Virus record (IMG/VR): IMGVR_UViG_3300029922_000004
DNA from: a virus
Direction: 5' to 3' (one strand)
DNA length: 64,000 nt
Shown: positions 29,706 through 39,431 of the stretch, in pieces
Numbering within the stretch: the stretch's first letter is position 1
Layout of the letters: each line of letters begins with the position of its first letter
The notes under the pieces: model-generated
Databases searched by the model: none
Told to the model about the DNA's origin: nothing
What the model saw: the letters and a program-made list of their open reading frames with translations, nothing else
Program-made: the position numbers and the translations under genes

Positions 29706-30803
29706 TTAGTTAAACGTCGCCAATACTGCATCCACAAATTTTTCCTTTGAGAAGTCGGTTTGTAACTTTAATCCGGCGTGGTTGATACGGTCTTTTTGGA
29801 CTCGTTGAATGGCTGATTCGCAACCAGCGATGAAGGCGTCTTCGGTGAACGAGAAAATATTACCAAGATTATAATTTCCAGTAGGCTGAAAAAACATACC
29901 ATCAACCGCTGACTCCATACCAGAAGGTTCGACTAATACCGAATTTTCGGGGGTTGCCCATTCTTTGTGACCGTTGCAATTTAGAATAACTGCGTGTTTC
30001 CCCATGCCTACTGCATGGAAAGCTGGAAGGCTCCACGATTCCGTACCAAGGCTCACAATAATATTACAAGAATTTAAAAATTCATTATATAATTGATTCT
30101 GGGCGAGGGGAGGATAGAAGTTGACGTTGAAGGGCTTTGGTTGTCCTTGTAACATTTGACCAATTAACTGTTGGTTCTGCTGTTCGTTTAAAAAAGGGTT
30201 ATATATCGCGCATTGCAGAGCATACTTAGGATTATTGCCGTATTTACGAATCCATGCCGGAATCGCCTTCGGAAATCCCTTCCTTTTCTCCCATTTTCCC
30301 GCGAAACAGGTTACTATTCGGTCGTCATTGTGATACTTTTTATTAATGGTTTTATAAGAGTAGTTGTCGAAACCTAACTGCAAAAATTGCGTATCTACTT
30401 CCACTGATTTAAAAACATCACAAGTATATTTTGAAGTAAAGTAAGTTTTGTTATTCCTAGCCGCGTTCCTCTCTGGAAGTGTGGGGCTATCCAATTCATA
30501 GAATGAAAGCAATGTCTGATTTTTAGAAAACGATTGAACACCGCCCGAAAGATGCCAGAGCTTTAGACATGGAATTTCGCGGGAATAATTCTCTAGTCCG
30601 TTTTGAATCTTGGATTGAATCCATTTATTAAATTCTTCGTTGGGAACTTGGTTGGATAGGTCAACGTTGCCGATGGGGAAAAAGAAGATATCGTATTTTT
30701 GACCATTTGCCTTTTCTTGCTCGAAAATAGTACGGAGAAGAAGATATCCAATATTGCCGAAGGATAAGTTATTTAGAGCTAGTTCAAATGCGATTTTTTG
30801 CAT
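29706..30803 (-). CDS. GT4-family glycosyltransferase
   Basis: GKWEKRKG, ESWSLP, GHKEW. Confidence 0.82.
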   Translation of the reverse strand: MQKIAFELALNNLSFGNIGYLLLRTIFEQEKANGQKYDIFFFPIGNVDLSNQVPNEEFNKWIQSKIQNGLENYSREIPCLKLWHLSGGVQSFSKNQTLLSFYELDSPTLPERNAARNNKTYFTSKYTCDVFKSVEVDTQFLQLGFDNYSYKTINKKYHNDDRIVTCFAGKWEKRKGFPKAIPAWIRKYGNNPKYALQCAIYNPFLNEQQNQQLIGQMLQGQPKPFNVNFYPPLAQNQLYNEFLNSCNIIVSLGTESWSLPAFHAVGMGKHAVILNCNGHKEWATPENSVLVEPSGMESAVDGMFFQPTGNYNLGNIFSFTEDAFIAGCESAIQRVQKDRINHAGLKLQTDFSKEKFVDAVLATFN

Positions 30804-30804
30804 C

Positions 30805-31086
30805 TTATGTATTTTCTTTTATAAACTTTTGGACTGCGCTCATGTCCCAGAGTTGTCCCAAGCCGTAATTCTTCCCACGGGTTTTATTAAAGTTCGCGTC
30901 AAAAACCGATTCGGCGGCGTTAGTCATATTCACCGCCAAATCCTCAGAAATCCAGCCATCCCAAAATCCCTCTTCCTCGGCGGCTTGTTCAAGAACTCCT
31001 ACAATTGCTAATTCCAATCTTGCTTTTAATTCAGTTTTCATAAAAAGTTGCGGAGCGATTTCTCGCCCCGCTCTTGGTATTGTCAC
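30805..31086 (-). CDS. Hypothetical protein containing a 16-aa segment shared with the FmdB-like ORF
   Basis: KTRGKNYGLGQLWDMS versus KTRGKNYNLGELWSLS. Confidence 0.55.
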   Translation of the reverse strand: MTIPRAGREIAPQLFMKTELKARLELAIVGVLEQAAEEEGFWDGWISEDLAVNMTNAAESVFDANFNKTRGKNYGLGQLWDMSAVQKFIKENT

Positions 31087-31100
31087 GTTTCAGCTAAAAA

Positions 31101-31412
31101 TTAGATGATTTCGTCATCTGCAACGATTTCTTGCTGGACTTCTGCAACTTTCGTTGGAGCGACCGGTTTTGTAGCTACAACAGGTTCTTTAGGTTTAGAA
31201 AGATAAACGCGAAGGTCTGGATGATTCTCTGACTTCTTAAATTTATTCGTAAAAATTACGACGTTAATTTGCTTATTAATGCCGAGCGGCACTAAATTTA
31301 GAACACCCGTTAGATATTTTTGGGTTGCACTTTTTTTCGACCATAAGGCTCCAATCTCAATTTGGTCTGACTTGGGCTTCGTGGTCGCGGGGGCGGTTGT
31401 GGTTTCACTCAT
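31101..31412 (-). CDS. DUF736-like putative ssDNA-binding protein
   Basis: IGALWSKK...YLTG...HPDLRVY with acidic tail. Confidence 0.55.
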   Translation of the reverse strand: MSETTTAPATTKPKSDQIEIGALWSKKSATQKYLTGVLNLVPLGINKQINVVIFTNKFKKSENHPDLRVYLSKPKEPVVATKPVAPTKVAEVQQEIVADDEII

Positions 31413-31552
31413 AGTTTTTTGGTATTTTAGTTAATGTTTGTTCCAATTAAGGATATTCAATCATAACCTACTTTTCAAATTTTGTCAAGAACTATTTTTA
31501 GATTCCAATCCTAGATAGAAAATTAAGGATTTCTCCAATGAATAGCCTAATT

Positions 31553-32176
31553 TTAAACCAAATTTTCCAAATGTTCACAACTTTTAAGCTCGTCTCTGAG
31601 AAGAGTAAGTCCCTTTTTATGTAAAAGCATTGCGGTTTGTGGTGTAGTTTTTAATTTGTCAGCCACGTCCTGCCAAATCATCTTGCTTCGGCCACTATAG
31701 CGCAGTTTAAAAACCCTCTTAATTCTCTTATCGGGGATTTTAGATAATATATTAAAAATGTAGTCCTTGCTACCTTCCAGATTTCTGTGAGACTCAAAAT
31801 AATTGTGGTGAGTTTGCTTGTCTTCGATGTGACCGTGGAGTTCTTCGCTTGAAGAGGGGACTATAAGTTTTCTGGCCGCAATGCTGTTAAGACAAAGATA
31901 ACGCGCGTAATTCCCAATCCAAGAGGAAAGTTTGGTTTTCTTAGAGAGCTTAAAAGTATTAACACAATGTAAAATTAAAGTATCTCTCTCATCAAAAATG
32001 TCTTTCGGGCAAATACCCGCGTTAGTTAATCTTGATGTATATTTATGAATAGTGTGATAAAAAAGATTTTCATACTTCCGACAAATTTCGCTAAAAGCTT
32101 CACTGCTCCCTTCATTCTTTACCGCTGAAATAAGTTGTTTATCCGACCATTTTGTGATGTTAGAGTTATTATTCAT
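31553..32176 (-). CDS. RNA polymerase sigma factor (regions 2 and 4)
   Basis: EAFSEICRKY, SSWIGNYARY, C-terminal HTH WQDVADKL. Confidence 0.78.
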   Translation of the reverse strand: MNNNSNITKWSDKQLISAVKNEGSSEAFSEICRKYENLFYHTIHKYTSRLTNAGICPKDIFDERDTLILHCVNTFKLSKKTKLSSWIGNYARYLCLNSIAARKLIVPSSSEELHGHIEDKQTHHNYFESHRNLEGSKDYIFNILSKIPDKRIKRVFKLRYSGRSKMIWQDVADKLKTTPQTAMLLHKKGLTLLRDELKSCEHLENLV

Positions 32177-32757
32177 GGAATATTTTATTGCTTTTATTTA
32201 TATTTCCAATTGTAGTCATATCACCATGCTCTTTGGCTATTTCCGTCGTAATCCATAGCGGCTGTTGGTTAGTATAAAAAGCGGCCTCTAAATTTTCTTC
32301 TATTTTTACTATATTCTGAATGCTGTTTACGATGGCTTTCTCTATATTTCTTCTGATTAATTCTTATTTTAATTTGGTTCTTAGAGGTATATTCTTTATT
32401 TCTAACTGCTATTGATTCAGTATTTTGACGGTAATAATCATTACTCTTCTTCTTAAGCCTTTCTTTATTATTAGAATAAAACTGTTTACGGTAAGCAGAT
32501 AATTTATCTTTGTTAGCCTCCTTGTAAATTTGATAATTGGCGTCTATTTTGATTTTATTTTTCTTTCTATAGTTTTTGTTATTTGTCAAAATCTTCTCTT
32601 TATTATTTAAAAAATACTGGCGGCTTTGGGGAATCCTACAAGTTTTACAACGACAAGAAAGACCGCTAGATTGCCGTTTGTCTTTATGATAATCTGTAAG
32701 AGACTTATCTTCTCCACATTTCGTACAAATTTTAGTATTCAATAATCCTTCGCCCAT
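32169..32757 (-). pseudogene. HNH endonuclease pseudogene (internal deletion with frameshift)
   Basis: CxxC/CKTC and Lys-rich N-half; the C-terminal FYTNQQPLW...NKSNK lies in another frame; catalytic DHI core missing (compare 39391..40101). Confidence 0.7.
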
Positions 32758-32875
32758 ATAGATTAGAGTAACTAGGCGGGAAAAAGTTCAAAATTACTTA
32801 TAAAATTTATTAAAACTTCGTTTAGGACGCTCCGCGTCGTCCTTCGGACTACTGCTACTAGATATATTTTCAGGG

Positions 32876-32924
32876 AAAAATAAGAAAAAGAACCCCCTAA
32901 AAACTAATTTCTTAGCTTTAGGGG
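32876..32924 (-). terminator. Rho-independent terminator
   Basis: CCCCTAAA/TTTAGGGG stem followed by a long U tract. Confidence 0.7.
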
Positions 32925-33240
32925 TAACTAGAATCTTTTCGGAGGGGCATTTAGTTGTTTAATACTCGCAAGCCACACGAAGAAAAAATAGAGGCGAATC
33001 ACACGCCTGACGACTACCATTGCTGGTGATGAGAGAGGTTCCTGAAACTCATTTACGCCGCCGAACACTAACGTCGGGTCAACTCGCATTTTATTGCAAA
33101 CTCTTTTTATTTACAGCTATTACTGTAGCCCTTTTCCTTATTACTTGTTCCGTTCGGCATACGGAATCTCCCGCGATGGGGTAACTTGGCGACCTTATTC
33201 GATTATTCTCGACAGGCTTAAGGCACTCCTACCTTTTGTA
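32925..33240 (-). ncRNA. Candidate structured ncRNA at the strand-switch point
   Basis: Lies between a consensus promoter and a terminator; several hairpins; no credible ORF. Confidence 0.45.
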
Positions 33241-33247
33241 TTGTCCT

Positions 33248-33277
33248 ATTATAACATCATTTTTCTTAATTTGTCAA
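33248..33277 (-). promoter_or_regulatory. Sigma70-type promoter
   Basis: TTGACA-18-TATAAT. Confidence 0.75.
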
Positions 33278-33300
33278 GGTAAATTTTCATATAATAACCC

Positions 33301-33648
33301 ATGACATATCTTTTATTTGTTTTTTGGCTCATTTTGGCGTCCTACATCCTCTTTGAAACAACGGCTTTTATTGAGTATATGCGACTTTTGCGGATAAAGT
33401 TTTTTAAGTATGAAGAATTTGACCGAAAGCAGGAAATTTTTGGAAATATTAATTATCCCACCTTCATTCGCGGGGAGTATCCGAATTTTCTGGGAAAGAT
33501 GTTGACGTGTAAGGAGTGTTTAATCGTCTGGGCGAATATCGTGTTTTTTGCGGTAGTCGGCGGGTGGGGATGTTTTGGTCTGGTGGCAGTATTTTCTCTA
33601 ATAGGGAGTGCGTTTTTGAAGTGGGTATTAAATAAATTTTATAATTAA
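33301..33648 (+). CDS. Membrane protein (DUF1360-like)
   Basis: TM segments and GKMLTCKECLIVW. Confidence 0.6.
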   Translation: MTYLLFVFWLILASYILFETTAFIEYMRLLRIKFFKYEEFDRKQEIFGNINYPTFIRGEYPNFLGKMLTCKECLIVWANIVFFAVVGGWGCFGLVAVFSLIGSAFLKWVLNKFYN

Positions 33649-33665
33649 AGTTTGGCTAAACCCGT

Positions 33666-34142
33666 ATGAACTTCGTGGAACAGCGCATTTTAAAAGAAAA
33701 CCAGCAAAGGATGTCTCATCCCCCAATCCCCGCGCCGATTTCTCAGCCCGTCATTGAATCGCCGGTAATCCCGCCACATATTTTAAAAGAGAAACTCCTT
33801 GAAAAACTCAACCCCAAGCCGAAGATTATCCAAAATCCCAATTTAAAATCTGAAATTGAAGTAGTCCATTTTGCCACACTTTTTGAATTCGCGCACTGGT
33901 ATAGCGAAAACAAGGCTAAATTTTCAGAACTGCAACAAAAACCCCTCGACACTTTAATCGAGGCAAAAAACCTCACAATCGGCGGCTGTAATTGTGACCG
34001 AGAGAAGCGAAGATTCATCGCCGAGGATTATTTCCGCAAATTTTGGAGTAATAACAAGGCAACCGACCTTCCTGCTACACTTTTAAAAGTCCTCAATGCA
34101 AAAAAAGTTCTGTTTGGTGATTTTTTTAGTTTCCCCGCTTAA
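33666..34142 (+). CDS. Hypothetical protein
   Basis: 158-aa ORF with Pro-rich N-terminus and GGCNC. Confidence 0.65.
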   Translation: MNFVEQRILKENQQRMSHPPIPAPISQPVIESPVIPPHILKEKLLEKLNPKPKIIQNPNLKSEIEVVHFATLFEFAHWYSENKAKFSELQQKPLDTLIEAKNLTIGGCNCDREKRRFIAEDYFRKFWSNNKATDLPATLLKVLNAKKVLFGDFFSFPA

Positions 34143-34214
34143 TTAGTTGTAATTATACTTGTAGAATCTTCTTGCTATTTTGGGAAAAATAGGGTAGAAT
34201 TTAATTGAATAATT

Positions 34215-37151
34215 ATGGATAAAATGAAATTTAACGCCTTGGAAGAAATGGCGAACTTTACCTTTACCTCAAAATATGCAAGATATGATGAAAAAAAACT
34301 CCGTCGGGAGACATGGGAAGAAACAATTAGCCGCGTTGAGAAGATGCACCTCAAGAAATTTAAGTTTTTATCAGAACCAGACAAACAAGAAATAATTAAG
34401 GCTTTTGATTTTGTTAGAGAAAAAAAGGTAAGCCCCTCAATGCGTTCGGCCCAATTTGGTGGTAAAGCCATTGAGCAACATAACGCCAGAATCTACAATT
34501 GTGGGGTTAGACATATTGACTCTATACGTTCTTTTGCTGAATCATTTTATATTCTTCTATGTGGAACTGGAATTGGATTTGGTTTGAATAAATATTTTCT
34601 TGGTCGTCTCCCCGACCTAGTAAATGAAAATGACAAAACTGGCTCTGTTCTTACTTATCCCGTCCAAGACTCAATAGAAGGATGGGCTGATTCTTTAGAG
34701 GCTTTATTAAATTGTTATTTTAAAAACACAGCCTATTCTGGAAGGAAAATCGTTTTTGATTATAGCAAAATCCGTCCGCGCGGCGCACCGCTTAAAACTG
34801 GCGGTGGGAAAGCCCCCGGATATAAGGGTTTGAAAAATGCTCACAAGAAAATCAAAATACTTTTGGACGCTATTATAGAGGATAAACATCAAACCCGCCT
34901 TAAAACCATTGATGCTTATGATATTTTAATGCATATGAGTGATGCAGTTTTATCGGGCGGTATCAGACGTTCTGCTTGTTCTGTTATTTTTGATGCTGGA
35001 GATGAGGATATGATGAACGCCAAAACTGGTAATTGGTTTAAGGATAATCCTCAACGAGCCAGAAGTAATAACTCTGCAATTATCATTCGTGGCAAAACAA
35101 CCCTTAAAGAATTTAAAACGCTTATAGGAAAAACAAAAGAATTTGGAGAACCGGGATTTATTTATGTGGAAAACGAGCAGCAATTATTAAATCCATGTCA
35201 GCCAAAATGGGCAAAACTTTTGACCCAAAATGGTATCAAAGAATTAAAAGATGTTAATATTGGAGATGAAATTTGGTCTTCTGAGGGTTGGACTAAAATT
35301 GTCAAAAAATGGTCAACTGGTGTTAAAAAGGTCTACGAGTATAGAACGACAGCGGGAGTTTTTTATGGAACCGAAAATCATAAATTAATTTCTAATGGAC
35401 AAAAGATTGAAGCCAAAGATTGCGAATCTATTGATATTTTAAGTGGAGAATATAAGTCAATCTGTGTTTTAGATACTCAAGATATTATGGACGGACTGGT
35501 TTTTGGAGATGGGTCGGTGCATGAGGCAAGTAATAATTTAGTTCATTTGTGCTTGGGAGAAAATGACCACGACTACTTTAAAAGTGAGGTGGCGGATTTT
35601 ATCATAAAACACAGACCGGGATTACACGATTTTGCTTATCAAGTCAAAACTACCATTACTCACGATGAAATTCCAAAAACCTATAATCGTAGTATCCCAG
35701 ATAGATTTTTTTATGGTAGTTATACCAAAAGGTGTTCATTTTTACGAGGGCTTTATTCTGCCAATGGGAGCATTTGTGGAAATAGAGTTACACTCAAGGC
35801 ATCGTCTTTTAAAGTTATTGAACAGGTTCAAACAATGTTATCTTCTCTTGGAATCAAATCATATTATACGACTAATAGACCAACCCAAGTTGAATTTTCA
35901 AATGGTATTTATGAGTGCAAACAGAGTTACGATTTAAATATTTCGACTGACCGAGCGAAGTTTCAACAAAATATAGGTTTTATACAGGGATATAAAAACG
36001 AAAAATTGTCGAAAATCATCAATTCGACTACTCTAAAAAATAAAGTAAAAAATAATTATGATGTTGTTTCTATTAATTTGGTCTCGGAAGAGGAAGTTTT
36101 CGATATCACCGTAGATAATCCATCTCATACTTATTGGACGCAGGGTTGCAATGTATCAAACTGCTACGAAATTTCATTCATTCCAGTAACATCAGACGGA
36201 AGAACTGGATACCAGTTTTGTAACCTGACTTCTATTAATGGAACTAAAATAACATCCCTACAAGATTTTAAAGACGCTTCTTGGGCGGCTTCTTTAATAG
36301 GAACTCTGCAAGCCGCTTATACTTCATTCCCATATCTAGGACACACCTCTGAAGAACTGTCTCGTGAAGAAAGCCTTTTGGGAGTGAGTATAACAGGAAT
36401 GTTTGACTCGCCGGAAATACTTTTTAATGAAAAACATCAAAAAGAAGCCGCTAAAGTAGCGGTTGATACAAATAAAACTTGGGCTAAAAAAATCGGCGTC
36501 AATCAAGCCGCTAGAGTAACGTGCGTTAAACCAGAGGGAACAAATAGCATAGTATTGTCGGCCTCTTCTGGAATTCATGCCCATCACGCTAAGAAATATT
36601 TCCGCCGGATACAAGTTAATAAAGATGATAATATTTTTAAATTTTTTAAACTATACAATCCGCACGCTTGCGAAGAAAGTCAGTGGAGCGCAAATAAAAC
36701 CGACGAAGTAATTACTTTTCCTATTGAAGTCCCCGCAACTTTTAAGGTCAAAAAAGATTTGACCGCCATCGAACATCTCAAATTAATAAAACTTACCCAA
36801 GAAAACTGGGTTCAGACTGGGACGACAGAAGCGAATAAAAAACCACTTCATCATAGCGTATCTTGTACTGTAATGGTAAAAGATAATGAATGGGAAGAAG
36901 TAACCAAGTATCTTTTCGAAAACCAAAAAGACTTTACAGCCGTTTCATTATTACCTTATTCTGGCGATAAGATTTATAAACAAGCACCAATGGAAGAAGT
37001 ATCGACCCCAGAAGATGAAATTAAATTTAATGAATTAATCAAAAATTGGACTCGTGTGGATTATAAAAAATTGCAGGAGGAAGACGATGCGACATTACAT
37101 TTGGCAGAGGCATCATGTCAAAATGGAGCGTGTGAATTAACCAAGATTTGA
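34215..37151 (+). CDS. nrdJ: Class II ribonucleotide reductase with intein
   Basis: PSMR, YNC, GGIRRSA, NP|CYEI, FCNLT, KPEGT, C-terminal CQNGAC. Confidence 0.92.
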   Translation: MDKMKFNALEEMANFTFTSKYARYDEKKLRRETWEETISRVEKMHLKKFKFLSEPDKQEIIKAFDFVREKKVSPSMRSAQFGGKAIEQHNARIYNCGVRHIDSIRSFAESFYILLCGTGIGFGLNKYFLGRLPDLVNENDKTGSVLTYPVQDSIEGWADSLEALLNCYFKNTAYSGRKIVFDYSKIRPRGAPLKTGGGKAPGYKGLKNAHKKIKILLDAIIEDKHQTRLKTIDAYDILMHMSDAVLSGGIRRSACSVIFDAGDEDMMNAKTGNWFKDNPQRARSNNSAIIIRGKTTLKEFKTLIGKTKEFGEPGFIYVENEQQLLNPCQPKWAKLLTQNGIKELKDVNIGDEIWSSEGWTKIVKKWSTGVKKVYEYRTTAGVFYGTENHKLISNGQKIEAKDCESIDILSGEYKSICVLDTQDIMDGLVFGDGSVHEASNNLVHLCLGENDHDYFKSEVADFIIKHRPGLHDFAYQVKTTITHDEIPKTYNRSIPDRFFYGSYTKRCSFLRGLYSANGSICGNRVTLKASSFKVIEQVQTMLSSLGIKSYYTTNRPTQVEFSNGIYECKQSYDLNISTDRAKFQQNIGFIQGYKNEKLSKIINSTTLKNKVKNNYDVVSINLVSEEEVFDITVDNPSHTYWTQGCNVSNCYEISFIPVTSDGRTGYQFCNLTSINGTKITSLQDFKDASWAASLIGTLQAAYTSFPYLGHTSEELSREESLLGVSITGMFDSPEILFNEKHQKEAAKVAVDTNKTWAKKIGVNQAARVTCVKPEGTNSIVLSASSGIHAHHAKKYFRRIQVNKDDNIFKFFKLYNPHACEESQWSANKTDEVITFPIEVPATFKVKKDLTAIEHLKLIKLTQENWVQTGTTEANKKPLHHSVSCTVMVKDNEWEEVTKYLFENQKDFTAVSLLPYSGDKIYKQAPMEEVSTPEDEIKFNELIKNWTRVDYKKLQEEDDATLHLAEASCQNGACELTKI
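35196..36161 (+). mobile_element. Intein with LAGLIDADG endonuclease (322 aa)
   Basis: Cys1 CQPKW, TENH block B, VFDITV, VSN|C; GLVFGDG and LRGLYSANG motifs. Confidence 0.9.
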
Positions 37152-37355
37152 TATGTATAAACAACTCCAATTTAAGTTCAAAGACGTTAATCAATTGGAA
37201 TTTGAATGTTTGCATTTACCTTTGATTGAATGGTGTCGGCATCGGGATGATATTATGAAAGAATGGTTCTATGATATGGTCGTTCGGACTTTCAGGGGAG
37301 AATTTGGGCTTGACAAATAGGGAAATTTAGTTTAATATAGTGTAATAGAATTTAT

Positions 37356-37730
37356 GGGGCCGAAAGGTTTCGACATTCGTTATTTGAAATATGGAGCAAG
37401 TCTGAGTGTTGGTGGCTCAGTAAAAACCAACAAAAAACTTAATTGCCAACGCAATCAAGAGTCTGGCCTTCGTCGCTTGTATGAGCTTCGACCGGCAAGA
37501 AGTCATGGCGTAAACTACGCCGTCCGTTCTACTCTGGAAGTCTGATAAAGAAATAGAGCGTAATCATTGGACAAAAAACATTATTATCCGTTGAAATGTT
37601 AAAAAATAATGGATTATGGGTGGTGAATTTTTCAATTAGTATATCCATCCGAAATAAAAAGTTGATAAACTTGTAGTTGCCGTATTTAGGATAAGGTCTG
37701 CACCCCGCTTCGATGCGGGCGGCTCCATCA
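37356..37730 (+). ncRNA. ssrA: tmRNA
   Basis: GGGGCCG/CGGCUCC-A acceptor with G3-U70, 5' GGUUUCGAC, 3' T-arm-like hairpin, tag ORF resuming at GCC AAC (37445). Confidence 0.88.
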
Positions 37731-37774
37731 TCTTTTCTTTTGAACTTTATCGTTGCTGGCGACTCTAATGTATA

Positions 37775-38065
37775 ATGACTAAAACTACTCAAGACGCCGA
37801 CCTAAAAAATCAAATGGTAGAGGAGGCTTTACTAATTCTAAATTCTGTCGGTTTCCTAGAGAAACAAATCAATGACAAATTCAGTCTTCTTGATGAGGCA
37901 ATTAATAATAAATTATATAAAGAAGCCGAAATCCTCGAACGTCAAATCCGCGCCCTAGTGAAGAAAATCGGGCGGGAAAACATTAATATGGACATCTTTA
38001 TGCTAAAATACACTACTATAGTGCATGAAAAAGAAAAATTGGTATATCATAGTGAACGCGCATAA
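37775..38065 (+). CDS. Hypothetical coiled-coil protein
   Basis: 96-aa ORF downstream of a TATAAT. Confidence 0.6.
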   Translation: MTKTTQDADLKNQMVEEALLILNSVGFLEKQINDKFSLLDEAINNKLYKEAEILERQIRALVKKIGRENINMDIFMLKYTTIVHEKEKLVYHSERA

Positions 38066-38173
38066 TTCATTTTTGTATGGCTCATTCCCCCGCACCAAGG
38101 ACGGTAAAACGGCGGCAGTAGCGTATAAGGACGAACTTAAGAAGAAAAATAAAAGTTTAAAACTCGTAATAAA

Positions 38174-38389
38174 ATGAACCACAACGTCAAAGCCCGTGCC
38201 CGGATACAAATTACCGTGGAGATAGATTCAGAGTCCCCTTGGGGAGCGACATCGGTTATAGGTCAATTGTATGACCAAGCGAGTAAGGAAGCGGTAGAGA
38301 AACTGATGGGTGTAATACGAAAACAAATTCCTACCGCCAAAATCATTGGAGACCCGAAGGTTATTAGCGTTATCACAGACCCAGTATGA
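38174..38389 (+). CDS. Hypothetical protein
   Basis: 71 aa, coupled to the next ORF. Confidence 0.6.
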   Translation: MNHNVKARARIQITVEIDSESPWGATSVIGQLYDQASKEAVEKLMGVIRKQIPTAKIIGDPKVISVITDPV

Positions 38390-38589
38390 GTTGCTCCTGT
38401 AACCCCGAAAACCCCCAAAAGAAAGCAGCCTTGGAGTTGATTAACCAAATTATCATCCTTGCCCAGATTGAAGACAAAGCCTTCCGCGACTTAAAGAGGC
38501 AGGGAAACAATAATAATGTATTACCCGCCGGAATCTCGCCGGTGGAGTTTCATTTAAAGAGTTTGAAGGAGTTAGTGGAGAAAATATGA
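38386..38589 (+). CDS. Hypothetical protein
   Basis: 67 aa, ATGA overlap. Confidence 0.55.
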   Translation: MSCSCNPENPQKKAALELINQIIILAQIEDKAFRDLKRQGNNNNVLPAGISPVEFHLKSLKELVEKI

Positions 38590-38870
38590 TTAACGTTTCC
38601 TATATAAAATCCTTATTTTTTATTCATCAGTCGCTTAAAGTCCCTATTACAGCGTCCATTCATTGCTCCCTTTTTAAATACAAAATCGACACAGAAATCA
38701 AGGATGGCGTCTTAGAAATTTTTTATAACGATTATAAAATCTGGCGGGAGTCACTCGTCGCGGAGCCAAACTTTTTTGGCGTTGAAACTTGCAGCGAAAT
38801 CGCGAGGATTGTATCGATGATAGACGCGGGGGATATGCAATGGAAGTCTCGGTGTAGATTTGAGGTTTAG
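38586..38870 (+). CDS. Hypothetical protein
   Basis: 94 aa, ATGA overlap. Confidence 0.55.
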   Translation: MINVSYIKSLFFIHQSLKVPITASIHCSLFKYKIDTEIKDGVLEIFYNDYKIWRESLVAEPNFFGVETCSEIARIVSMIDAGDMQWKSRCRFEV

Positions 38871-38873
38871 TTT

Positions 38874-39431
38874 TTGCTTGACATTTTAAGAAGAATCTCT
38901 TATACTGGTTATGTGGAAAATACGGAATTTACGATAAAAATAGAAGGGGCTTCGCAAAAAGCCCGCGCCTACCTCGTCTCCCACTTCAAAATCAATGATA
39001 ATGACCTTGACGATATTATCCAGCAATCCACAATGAACGCCCTTAAAAATCTCCCCGCGTTTTCGGGGAAAAGCCATTTTGATACATGGTTCCTCTCCAT
39101 CTGCAAGCACGAAACCTCAAAAATGTTGAGGAATAATGCCCGATTTTCGGGGATGGAAAACGTGGATTTCGGCGGACATGAACCAGAAGTATTTCAAAAA
39201 ATACATACCGACGACTGCGTTAAACTCATTCATAACGCGATGAAATCCCTGAGCGAGAAGCATCACGCTATTATCAAAATCGTCTTGGAGAATTCATCCT
39301 CCTATAAAGAAATCGCCGACGTTCTTCATATTCCAATTAACTCCGCAAAAACCCGCCTTTTTTACGCCAAAAAACACTTGCGAAATATTATTGAGCGCGA
39401 GAACAACATTCCTGATTATGTATATTATTAA
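38874..39431 (+). CDS. ECF-type sigma factor (true start possibly GTG at 38912)
   Basis: DDIIQQ, FSGKSHFDTW, SYKEIADVLHIPINSAKTRLFYAKK. Confidence 0.85.
   Translation: MLDILRRISYTGYVENTEFTIKIEGASQKARAYLVSHFKINDNDLDDIIQQSTMNALKNLPAFSGKSHFDTWFLSICKHETSKMLRNNARFSGMENVDFGGHEPEVFQKIHTDDCVKLIHNAMKSLSEKHHAIIKIVLENSSSYKEIADVLHIPINSAKTRLFYAKKHLRNIIERENNIPDYVYY

Noticed and set aside
37354-37545. 63-aa ORF in the ORF track
   Set aside because: Lies inside the tmRNA and is in a different frame from the tag
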